This document shows, piece by piece, positions 1-6,578 of a stretch of DNA of 55,548 nucleotides; position 1 is the first letter of the stretch; the number at the start of each line of letters is the position of its first letter. This stretch comes from a virus. A program made the translations under genes and the position numbers. The notes beneath the pieces are model-generated. The model ran no database searches. It worked only from the letters and a program-made list of their open reading frames with translations, and had not been told where the DNA came from. Location of the stretch: IMG/VR virus record IMGVR_UViG_3300029611_000007. The stretch is one strand, 5' to 3'.

Positions 1-99
1 GCTGAATAGTTAAAATAAACTCGAAAGAAATCGACACGGTTTCTTCCGGGTTTATTTTTTTGCGCATTTTTAGGAAACAAGGGGGATGAGAGAGCTTTG
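1..99. repeat. Terminal direct repeat, identical to 55450-55548 (assembly overlap of a circular or terminally redundant genome)
   Basis: Read directly: gctgaatagttaaaataaac...gagagctttg occurs at both extreme ends of the window. Confidence 0.95.
13..61 (+). terminator. Long imperfect hairpin plus T-run (rho-independent terminator-like); duplicated at 55462-55510 inside the terminal repeat
   Basis: aaataaac/gtttattt outer stem and gaaagaaa/tttcttc inner stem, loop tcgacacgg, followed by ttttttt. Lies downstream of the IS30-like region on the circular map. Confidence 0.6.
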
Positions 100-360
100 G
101 GCGGCAGACATTTGACGATTGAGGATCGTCGGAAGCTGGAAAAATATTACCTCGATAGGATCAGCGTGGAGAGTATCGCGGAAACTCTGAGGGTTCACCG
201 CTCCACCATTTATAACGAACTTCGCCGCGGTGACACCGGGCGGGTGGACAAGAACGGGAACTGCGAGTACAGCGCAGAGCTGGCACAGAAAAGAATCTGC
301 GATGCCCGCCGCAGCATCCATCATAAGAAGCAGGAGGACACCGCAAATGCCGATGTTTAA
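97..360 (+). CDS. IS30-family transposase N-terminal HTH-only protein (87 aa; truncated paralogue or stand-alone regulator)
   Basis: TTG start. 'HLTIEDRRKLEKYY..IAETLRVHRSTIYNELRRG' parallels the N-terminus of the full IS30-like ORF at 54205 ('HLTWTDRLRIEKWL..IASKLRVHISTVYNELHRG'). No DDE domain. Confidence 0.6.
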   Translation: MGGRHLTIEDRRKLEKYYLDRISVESIAETLRVHRSTIYNELRRGDTGRVDKNGNCEYSAELAQKRICDARRSIHHKKQEDTANADV

Positions 361-676
361 GACCTGCACGGCCTGTAAGGAAACATTCATTGCGGAGTCA
401 CCTTTCATCAAACTGTGTCCGATCTGCAATGCAAAGAGCCAGACCACCCCGGCGGAACGTGCGCAGTGCAAAACTCGCATTACCCCGGATCGGCTGATGC
501 TGGATGTTCGACAGGCGGATGCAGCGGGTAAATCCTATGGCCGGTGGCGGTACGAAGAAACCGAACGCCGCCGCAAAGAGGAAGAAGAGGAACGTCGCAA
601 GTTTGAGGAACGCCAGAAACGGCGTGAACAGATGAAAGCAGCAAAGGAGAACGAACATGGCGAAAGTGAAGCTTGA
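347..676 (+). CDS. Small zinc-ribbon protein with a Lys/Arg/Glu-rich tail
   Basis: ATG at 347 preceded by aggagg. 'CTACKE...CPICN' forms a CxxC..CxxC pair. The upstream part of track ORF 230-676 is judged to be overlap with the previous gene. Confidence 0.6.
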   Translation: MPMFKTCTACKETFIAESPFIKLCPICNAKSQTTPAERAQCKTRITPDRLMLDVRQADAAGKSYGRWRYEETERRRKEEEEERRKFEERQKRREQMKAAKENEHGESEA

Positions 677-1853
677 CTACATGAGCCTGAGCATGAGGGC
701 AGAGGGAAGCGACGACATGGTGCGGGAGCTGTCCGGCAGATTCCTTGACATGGCGGACAAGTATGCCGCACCCGGATTTTACTTCCCGGCTCTTCCTCCC
801 TCCGTTTTCGAGGACGGTTGCCGTGACCCGGAAGAACTGAACACGGGAGATATGAAGCCGCTGACCACGCCGAAAGAAGTTGCACCCGGCGCAGACTGGG
901 ACGTGGTGGCAATCTATGACGATGCGGGCATTCCGTCCATCATGCACCGATTCCGCCGCATGAGCAATAAAGAGTTGTTCGGTGGCAGCGACAAGCCGCA
1001 CCCGGCGTTCATCATCGGCGGCGAGGTATACGACGAAATCTATATTTCCGTGTGCCCCAATGTGATGATTAACGGAAAGCCGTACAGCCTGCCGTTTCAG
1101 AAACCGGCGGGAAACATCACGCTGGACGACTTCTCCAAAGCCTGTTTCAGCAAGGGCGAGGGCTGGCATCCAATGACGGCAGCAGAGTGGGGCTTCCTTG
1201 CAAACCTTAGTCTGAAACTGGGGACTCTGCCGCACGGGAACACCGACTACGGCGCATGGCATGGCGACCATAAGGAGCACGGCCAGAAAGCACCGAACAG
1301 CAATCGGACGCTCACCGGAACTGGCCCGGAAACGTGGACGCACGATCACACCAAAACCGGTGTCCACGATCTGTGCGGCAATATCTGGGAAGTGCTGGCC
1401 GGTCTGCGGATTAAAAACGGTGTGCTGATGGTGGCCGCGAATAACGATGCAGCACTCCCCGAAACCGACCTGACCCAGTGCGGCGACGACTGGAAGCTGC
1501 TGACGGACGATAAGGGCGCACCAGTGTATGTTTCCGCATCCGGCAGCGAGATCGTGTTTACCACTGACAACGATGAAGCGGGCGGCGTGGGCAGCTCTGA
1601 GTGGGGCAAGGTCAAGACGGAATGCAAGAGCGAAATGCTCAAAGAGTATGCGCTGTTCGCCGGGGAGGAAGAAGCCTACTGCTACATTGATGCAACTGAG
1701 GGCGAATACATTCCGTTCCGCGGCGGCGGCTGGGCCGGTGGCGGGAGTGCCGGTGTGTTCTGCTTGGACCTCAGCACCCCGCGCTCTCATTCGTGGGCGA
1801 GCGGCGGGGGCCGTTCCGCTTTCTTCAAGAAGAAGCAGAAAGCTGAACGCTGA
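657..1853 (+). CDS. DGR target protein 2 (FGE-sulfatase / C-type-lectin-fold protein carrying VR2 at its C-terminus)
   Basis: RBS aaaggaga plus ATG. 'GWHPMTAAEWGF', 'HDLCGNIWEVLAG' and C-terminal '..RGGGWAGGGSAGVFCLDLSTPRSHSWASGGGRSAF'. Paralogue of ORF 49648-50757. The 3' end matches the TR. Confidence 0.85.
   Translation: MAKVKLDYMSLSMRAEGSDDMVRELSGRFLDMADKYAAPGFYFPALPPSVFEDGCRDPEELNTGDMKPLTTPKEVAPGADWDVVAIYDDAGIPSIMHRFRRMSNKELFGGSDKPHPAFIIGGEVYDEIYISVCPNVMINGKPYSLPFQKPAGNITLDDFSKACFSKGEGWHPMTAAEWGFLANLSLKLGTLPHGNTDYGAWHGDHKEHGQKAPNSNRTLTGTGPETWTHDHTKTGVHDLCGNIWEVLAGLRIKNGVLMVAANNDAALPETDLTQCGDDWKLLTDDKGAPVYVSASGSEIVFTTDNDEAGGVGSSEWGKVKTECKSEMLKEYALFAGEEEAYCYIDATEGEYIPFRGGGWAGGGSAGVFCLDLSTPRSHSWASGGGRSAFFKKKQKAER
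1712..1822 (+). repeat. DGR variable repeat VR2
   Basis: Hand alignment to TR positions 51304-51414 gives 19 differences. 18 fall at TR adenines and one is T->C (TR 51370 / VR2 1778). Confidence 0.85.
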
Positions 1854-1863
1854 AAAGCTGATG

Positions 1864-1883
1864 GGCTGCGCGGTAGCGCAGCC
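1864..1883 (+). promoter_or_regulatory. GC hairpin 3' of VR2 (candidate DGR target-recognition hairpin)
   Basis: ggctgcgc-ggta-gcgcagcc, an 8-bp stem with a 4-nt loop, 41 nt after VR2. A near-identical element follows VR1 (50767-50786). Confidence 0.6.
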
Positions 1884-1900
1884 AAAAGCCGGGAGAGAAA

Positions 1901-2092
1901 ATGCTGATCTATTTTGTAGAGTGCTTTATCATGGGGTTTGCGTTGGGCCTATCGTGGGCTTCGTTCGCCACTCCGGTTTACCTGATCTGCTGTTTTGCAG
2001 GGCGGGTATTTGATTGGAAAATTCCAACGGCATTGTGGCTCGTTGCATTTGCTGTTCAGAACTGGGACAACGCAAAGAGCTGGTTCAAATAA
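1901..2092 (+). CDS. Small hydrophobic (2-TM-like) protein, 63 aa
   Basis: gggagag RBS plus ATG. Sequence 'FIMGFALGLSWASFATPVYLICCFAG..ALWLVAFAV' is mostly hydrophobic. Confidence 0.55.
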   Translation: MLIYFVECFIMGFALGLSWASFATPVYLICCFAGRVFDWKIPTALWLVAFAVQNWDNAKSWFK

Positions 2093-2379
2093 AAACGGTC
2101 TGGGCGTACCGAAACACGCCTGCCACATGACCGGGCACTTAGGGAGCGCACCGGTCAGCCGGTTTCCGCAAGACCGGCATCTTGCCTACCGGAGATGAAA
2201 AGAACACGGTAGGGCGACCCGCACGGGTATGGGGGCGGAAGCATTGCGCTGTACGACACCGCTCCTTTCTATGGCGCAGCCAGTGCAAGCGGGGAATTTA
2301 CACCGCCCCGCCGCCCAGTGCTGACTCTGGGATGCGCCGCCACTTCCGAATATTCATCAAGAAAAGAAAGGACAAAGTT

Positions 2380-2715
2380 ATGAACGACATGGAAAAGTGC
2401 TTTTACGAACCGGCTGAATTGTCGGTGGTGGACGAGGGAAAAGGACGCTCGCTGGTAAAGGCGAAAGGTAGTCCGTACAAGCTGAGCTTTCTGGTGGCGC
2501 AAGGTGCTGACGGCATTTTCAAAAGCCTTAACGACGCAGAAGCGGTAGATGCGATGGAGAGGGCAATCGTGGGCACCATTCGCATTATGGCGATGCGGCG
2601 TAAGGCGGAGTTCGAGAAAGGCACGGACGCATTCGATATGAACGGCGGTTTCAATGCCGTTCGGGACGAGGGTGCGCTGAAAGAAATCCTCAAGTCTATT
2701 TTTGGAAAGCAGTAA
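2380..2715 (+). CDS. Hypothetical protein (111 aa)
   Basis: ATG at 2380 after gaaagga. The N-terminal extension of track ORF 2182-2715 lies in a hairpin-rich non-coding-looking stretch. Confidence 0.65.
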   Translation: MNDMEKCFYEPAELSVVDEGKGRSLVKAKGSPYKLSFLVAQGADGIFKSLNDAEAVDAMERAIVGTIRIMAMRRKAEFEKGTDAFDMNGGFNAVRDEGALKEILKSIFGKQ

Positions 2716-2720
2716 AGAAC

Positions 2721-2897
2721 ATGAAGATACATAACAGAAGCCACACCATAAATGAAGTTCGCAAGAGCGAACAGTGCCGACACACGTTCAGAATCACGGT
2801 CGCGAAGTGTGCGCCGTGTGATGGGTACAACCTGAACTGTGAGCATTACGAGAAAACCAACAAGGGTGCTGCTGATACAAAACATCTTTCGAGGTAA
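2721..2897 (+). CDS. Small Cys-rich protein (58 aa), not in the ORF track (<60 aa)
   Basis: Own translation: MKIHNRSHTINEVRKSEQCRHTFRITVAKCAPCDGYNLNCEHYEKTNKGAADTKHLSR*. A terminator follows. Confidence 0.4.
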   Translation: MKIHNRSHTINEVRKSEQCRHTFRITVAKCAPCDGYNLNCEHYEKTNKGAADTKHLSR

Positions 2898-2900
2898 ACA

Positions 2901-2935
2901 AGCCGCCCTGCGCCGCGTCAGCGGGGCGGCTTTTA
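2901..2935 (+). terminator. Rho-independent terminator
   Basis: agccgccc ... gggcggct stem followed by tttt. Confidence 0.6.
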
Positions 2936-2940
2936 TATGT

Positions 2941-3001
2941 GGTGCGGGGTGGCTGGATGCGCGACCGGCTACCGAAAGCGGGGTCGAACCCCGTCCGCAC
3001 C
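2941..3001 (+). other. tRNA-like element 1 (acceptor stem + long hairpin + T-arm; too short for a canonical tRNA)
   Basis: ggtgcgg/ccgcacc 7-bp closing stem. 9-bp hairpin ggtggctgg..ccggctacc. T-arm-like gcggg-gtcgaac-cccgt directly abutting the 3' strand. 61 nt in total. Confidence 0.3.
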
Positions 3002-3225
3002 TGCTTTACTTGAAATCATGGAAGCCGGACTGCACCGGCAGGCGCGAAGCGTCAAGCCATACCTGCATGACAACGACGGAGGTTGAAAGGTATGCCCGCT
3101 GCATGAGCGAAGAAATGCCTTGTCCGATCCACCCAAGCCAAAGGTGGTAGGTCTGGTTTGGTAGATCAGACCGCCCCGCCGCCCTGTCTTTCTTAGAGTT
3201 CAGCAGGGCGGCGGGTGTCTATTAT

Positions 3226-3300
3226 GCGGATGCGCAATGGAGAAGAACGGCTTCCCTGTTACTCTGAGCCGAAAGGTCGGTTCGATCCCGACCGTCCGCA
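3226..3300 (+). other. tRNA-like element 2 (75 nt; canonical T-arm and acceptor, aberrant D and anticodon regions)
   Basis: gcggatg/cgtccgc acceptor pairing. gtcgg-ttcgatc-ccgac T-arm. Central stem cggct/agccg with a 14-nt loop. No D-stem found. Confidence 0.3.
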
Positions 3301-3322
3301 CAAGAAAGAATGGAGAACGTCA

Positions 3323-3460
3323 ATGGAAATCGAATGTTTGACACCGGAATTTCCGCAAGGAGCAAGGGTATATAGTTCGGATGGTATTGCTCCAACTCTC
3401 CTGAACAGCGCGTCGGCCATGCGGTCACAGTCGATTTTGATTCGGGGGGGGGTAGCATGA
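3323..3460 (+). CDS. 5' fragment of the C5-MTase gene (would fuse in frame to ORF 3457-5160 if the G9 tract were G10)
   Basis: ggaga RBS plus ATG at 3323. 'GARVYSSDGIAPTLLNS' is a C5-MTase TRD-type motif. The frame ends just after the G9 tract. Confidence 0.5.
   Translation: MEIECLTPEFPQGARVYSSDGIAPTLLNSASAMRSQSILIRGGVA
3444..3452 (+). repeat. Homopolymer G9 at the junction of the two C5-MTase ORFs
   Basis: ttc-ggggggggg-tagc read directly. G10 gives ...ILIRGGGSMKVHSEK... in one frame. Confidence 0.9.
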
Positions 3461-5160
3461 AAGTTCACAGTGAAAAATCAATGTGTCTGGCCGGGAATTT
3501 TGTCGATAGAAACACCAACCAAAACGGGAGCGGCGTAAAAGAAGATACGTCTTTTACGCTGAATACAGTAGACCGCCACGCAGTCGCTTATAGAGAACTG
3601 CAATATGACAGTTACATAGAGGATGATGTGAGCGGAACGCTTAAAAAATCAGGTGGAGCGTTGGGAGGGGGTTCGGAAACGGTGGTTTGCGAAGAAAGAG
3701 AACAGCCGGACTGGATCGTCCGCCGATTGATTCCGCTGGAATGTAGTCGATTGCAAGGGTTCCCGGATGGATGGGCGGAAATTGAATCGCTGAAAAATCC
3801 GAAAGAGTTCAACTTCTGGCGGGAAGTCTATGCCAGAAGTTGCGAAATCAAAAAGACAAAACCAAAACAGACCATCCTTCGCGCGGACGGCGCAAAGAGC
3901 GATGAAGTGTTGATGCGGTGGCACGATGGGCTGCACAGTTTGGCGGCAGAATATGCGATGTGGGGAAATGGCATGGCGTTGCCGAATGCCCTTTTCTTTA
4001 TCCAGAACGCATTCCGCGAGCTTGGAAAGCCGCCGCATGAGGTGAAGCTGGGAAGCCTGTTTGACGGAAGCGGAACAATGCCGCTGTGCGCCGCCATGTG
4101 CGGCGGTCATCCGGTCTGGGCGAGTGAAGTAGAACCTTACCCGATTGCGGTGACAAGAACCCATCTGCCGCACATGAAGCATTTGGGCAGTGTAACGGAA
4201 ATAAAAGGGTCGAAAATCGAGCCGGTGGATATTATCACGTTCGGTTCACCCTGTCAGGACTTGAGCATTGCAGGGAAACGCGCCGGTTTGAAGGGAGAAA
4301 GGTCCGGCCTGTTCAGAGAAGCAATACGGATCATCCGGGAAATGCTGGCAGCAACTAACGGAAGATACCCACGCTTTGTGATCTGGGAAAACGTGCCGGG
4401 CGCACTTTCATCGAACGGAGGTGAAGATTTTGAAGTTGTCCTCAATGAACTGCTCTGTCTTAGAGAATTTACCGGAGGTGGAGCAGCTAAGTTTATTCGG
4501 CAGCACGGAAAGTGGAGGAACTTCGCAGATTACGGAGCTGTTGCCTATCGAATCGTCAACGCGCAATTTTGGGGAGTACCCCAGCGCAGGCGAAGAATAT
4601 ATGCTATCTGCGATACTTGTGGAGAATCCGCCGGAGTGGTCGTTTTTGAGCGAAAAGGCACTCAATGGAATTTTGACCCGTGCATCCCGCAGGGGGGGGA
4701 AGTTGCAGGACTTACTGCTGACTGCTATTCATGGCATGATCGAATGGTGGCATCAAAACCCAGCGGGGGGGGGTCAGCAGCATATACCATGAAAATCCGT
4801 GGAGGATGTGAGGGCGGTGGAAAGGGCGCACTTGTGCAAGAAGAACTTTCCGCAACGCTGGCAACCCATCAAGACCAAACGCTTTTTGAAAGCCACGGGT
4901 GCTTCCCAATAAACACAATGCTTGCGACGCGGTACAAAGCCCTTGGTCGAGGAACGGGACTTGGTATCGGCAACGATGGCGACCCGCAGTATACGATAAC
5001 AAAAGGACACGAACACGCAGTAGCGTATAGCGTTGGCGATGTACCGGAAACGGCCTTTGCAAATGCCGGGGATACGGTAGCAAGAACGCTGACCGCTCGT
5101 GCAGACGGAAGTCCGATGATTGACCGAGGCCCGAACATTGTAACACAGAAAGGAAAGTAG
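3457..5160 (+). CDS. DNA (cytosine-5) methyltransferase with permuted motif order (IX-X precede I-VIII)
   Basis: Motifs in order: 'RRLIPLECSRLQGFPD' (IX), 'GNGMALP' (X), then 'LFDGSG' (I), 'GSPCQDLS' (IV), 'ENVPG' (VI), 'QRRRR' (VIII), then TRD-like 'KIRGGCEGGGKGALVQEELSATL'. No IX/X at the C-terminus. Confidence 0.9.
   Translation: MKVHSEKSMCLAGNFVDRNTNQNGSGVKEDTSFTLNTVDRHAVAYRELQYDSYIEDDVSGTLKKSGGALGGGSETVVCEEREQPDWIVRRLIPLECSRLQGFPDGWAEIESLKNPKEFNFWREVYARSCEIKKTKPKQTILRADGAKSDEVLMRWHDGLHSLAAEYAMWGNGMALPNALFFIQNAFRELGKPPHEVKLGSLFDGSGTMPLCAAMCGGHPVWASEVEPYPIAVTRTHLPHMKHLGSVTEIKGSKIEPVDIITFGSPCQDLSIAGKRAGLKGERSGLFREAIRIIREMLAATNGRYPRFVIWENVPGALSSNGGEDFEVVLNELLCLREFTGGGAAKFIRQHGKWRNFADYGAVAYRIVNAQFWGVPQRRRRIYAICDTCGESAGVVVFERKGTQWNFDPCIPQGGEVAGLTADCYSWHDRMVASKPSGGGSAAYTMKIRGGCEGGGKGALVQEELSATLATHQDQTLFESHGCFPINTMLATRYKALGRGTGLGIGNDGDPQYTITKGHEHAVAYSVGDVPETAFANAGDTVARTLTARADGSPMIDRGPNIVTQKGK
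4692..4699 (+). repeat. Homopolymer G8 inside the C5-MTase ORF
   Basis: a-gggggggg-a read directly. Confidence 0.9.
4765..4773 (+). repeat. Homopolymer G9 inside the C5-MTase ORF
   Basis: cagc-ggggggggg-tcag read directly. Confidence 0.9.
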
Positions 5161-5340
5161 ATGCAGAGGTACAAGGTGATTGTCGTCTGTTGCACCGCTG
5201 ACGAAACGGATGTACACACGATCCGCGTCAACGGCTGGGGTGAGAGCGAAGCAGAGTACAACGCCCGCCGAAAAATTCAAAAGTTCCACCGCCACGAGTA
5301 TGAAAAGATTACTGTGACAAGGATAGAAAAAATCAAATAG
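5161..5340 (+). CDS. Small hypothetical protein (59 aa), not in the ORF track
   Basis: ATG immediately after the MTase stop, aaaggaaag upstream. Own translation: MQRYKVIVVCCTADETDVHTIRVNGWGESEAEYNARRKIQKFHRHEYEKITVTRIEKIK*. Confidence 0.45.
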   Translation: MQRYKVIVVCCTADETDVHTIRVNGWGESEAEYNARRKIQKFHRHEYEKITVTRIEKIK

Positions 5341-5352
5341 GAGGTCGAGAAC

Positions 5353-5553
5353 GTGCTGTACGTTGATGCAATCAGGGTTCTGGAAAAGGTGGCACGGGCG
5401 AGGTTTGATCTTGCGTCGATGCCGAAGAAAGAGGAAATCGAAGAAGCAATTCCGATCGTGGCAGGCATGGCAACAGTTAAGGCTTGCCCGAAGTATGCGC
5501 TTCACGCCGCGCTGTGGTGGCTGGTGGTCAAATCCAAAGAGGTGGAACAGTGA
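5353..5553 (+). CDS. Hypothetical protein (66 aa)
   Basis: GTG start 7 nt after taggagg. GTGA overlap with the next gene. Confidence 0.5.
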   Translation: MLYVDAIRVLEKVARARFDLASMPKKEEIEEAIPIVAGMATVKACPKYALHAALWWLVVKSKEVEQ

Positions 5554-6080
5554 CGAGAAGAGAAAAAGCAATTCTGGCTCTGATCTGCGCCGCTGAAATC
5601 ATCAACTGCGCAAAGATCGGGGTGCTGAAAAGCCGGATCGCTGACCTTGAAACGCAGCGGGACATTTACGCAAGCCGGGCGCAGCACTGGATCGACCGGG
5701 CAGTAGAGGACGAAGAGGTTATAGATTCTATGCAGCTTCGCCTTGATGCTCTGGCCGATGGGAAAGTTGAGCTGGAAGATGCAGGAGTGTTTTTCTGCAC
5801 GGCTTACTGCACCGAGCAATACCCGCATATCTGCGGGGAGGGCAGCGGGATCACCGCAAGCGGCCAGCCGATACAGGCGGGTGTGACCGTGGCGGCAGAT
5901 CAGTCAATCTTTCCGTATGGAACAGTTCTGTACATTGAGAATGTGGGCATCCGCATTGTGCAGGACAAGGGCGCGGGAGTGCAGGGAGCGCACCTTGATG
6001 TTGCGGTTGATACCCACGAGAACGCGCTGACGTGGAGCGGGTACGGCGAACATCGGGTATGGATTTTGAAGGGAGAATGA
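5550..6080 (+). CDS. 3D-domain (RlpA/YabE-like) cell-wall-active protein with N-terminal TM helix and coiled coil
   Basis: GTG at 5550 after agaggtgg. 'ITASGQPIQAGVTVAADQSIFPYGTVLYIENVGIRIVQDKGAGVQGAHLDV' is 3D-domain-like. Confidence 0.7.
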   Translation: MTRREKAILALICAAEIINCAKIGVLKSRIADLETQRDIYASRAQHWIDRAVEDEEVIDSMQLRLDALADGKVELEDAGVFFCTAYCTEQYPHICGEGSGITASGQPIQAGVTVAADQSIFPYGTVLYIENVGIRIVQDKGAGVQGAHLDVAVDTHENALTWSGYGEHRVWILKGE

Positions 6081-6083
6081 ATT

Positions 6084-6575
6084 ATGGCGAACTGGGTAGA
6101 GGGAAAATTGAAAATCCGCGGAAAACCAGAAGATATTAAGCGGTGGGTGGAGGAATGTCTGCATTGCTACACTACGAACTGGCTGGGTGACGGCGCACAC
6201 ACGGAGCTTGTAGAGGGTGCTGTTCGATTTGAGCACGACCCTGACAGCGAAGAAATGTACCTATATGTAGACAAGAATGCTCGTATCGAGGGAACGAGAA
6301 GAAACTTCGTAGAAAAAGGCGAATATGTGGACATCTGCGAAGAGGGCAAAAAGTCAATCCTTGTTGTGAACATGAAAGCTGCATGGAATATCGAAGAGCA
6401 GCCCTATATTGAAATGTCCAAAAAGTACAACTTGGATTTCAGAGTGTACGGCTACGAAATGGGCATGGAGTTCAACAAGGAAATCGAGATCGTAGAGGGC
6501 GAGATCGCAACGTATCGGCTGATCCAATTTAAGGACTACAAGTGGGAATGCCCTGATCCGAAACTTGGAGGGTGA
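6084..6575 (+). CDS. Hypothetical protein (163 aa)
   Basis: gggaga RBS plus ATG, tight operon spacing. N-terminal 'MANWVEGKLKIRG' is reminiscent of DUF1281/YubB-type ferredoxin-like domains (unverified). Confidence 0.75.
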   Translation: MANWVEGKLKIRGKPEDIKRWVEECLHCYTTNWLGDGAHTELVEGAVRFEHDPDSEEMYLYVDKNARIEGTRRNFVEKGEYVDICEEGKKSILVVNMKAAWNIEEQPYIEMSKKYNLDFRVYGYEMGMEFNKEIEIVEGEIATYRLIQFKDYKWECPDPKLGG

Positions 6576-6578
6576 GCA

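Noticed and set aside
230-346. N-terminal extensions of track ORFs (230-676; similarly 2182-2379, 34165-34305, 22215-22343, 23431-23526).
   Set aside because: The extensions overlap upstream genes or structured intergenic repeats and lack an RBS. Internal starts with good SD sequences were preferred.
480-1790. 436-aa ORF on the minus strand opposite DGR target 2.
   Set aside because: It is antisense to a gene with clear family motifs. It has no RBS and a low-complexity Ala/Arg/Gly composition typical of shadow ORFs in GC-rich DNA.
2941-3303. tmRNA (ssrA)-like gene: about 360 nt, with the 5' end partly pairing with the 3' end and a 3' T-arm.
   Set aside because: The 5' region lacks the tmRNA GGnTTCGAC-type D-loop. 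The 5'/3' pairing leaves extra nucleotides next to the T-stem, whereas each T-arm has a better local partner. No tag reading frame ending in an Ala-Ala-type sequence was seen.
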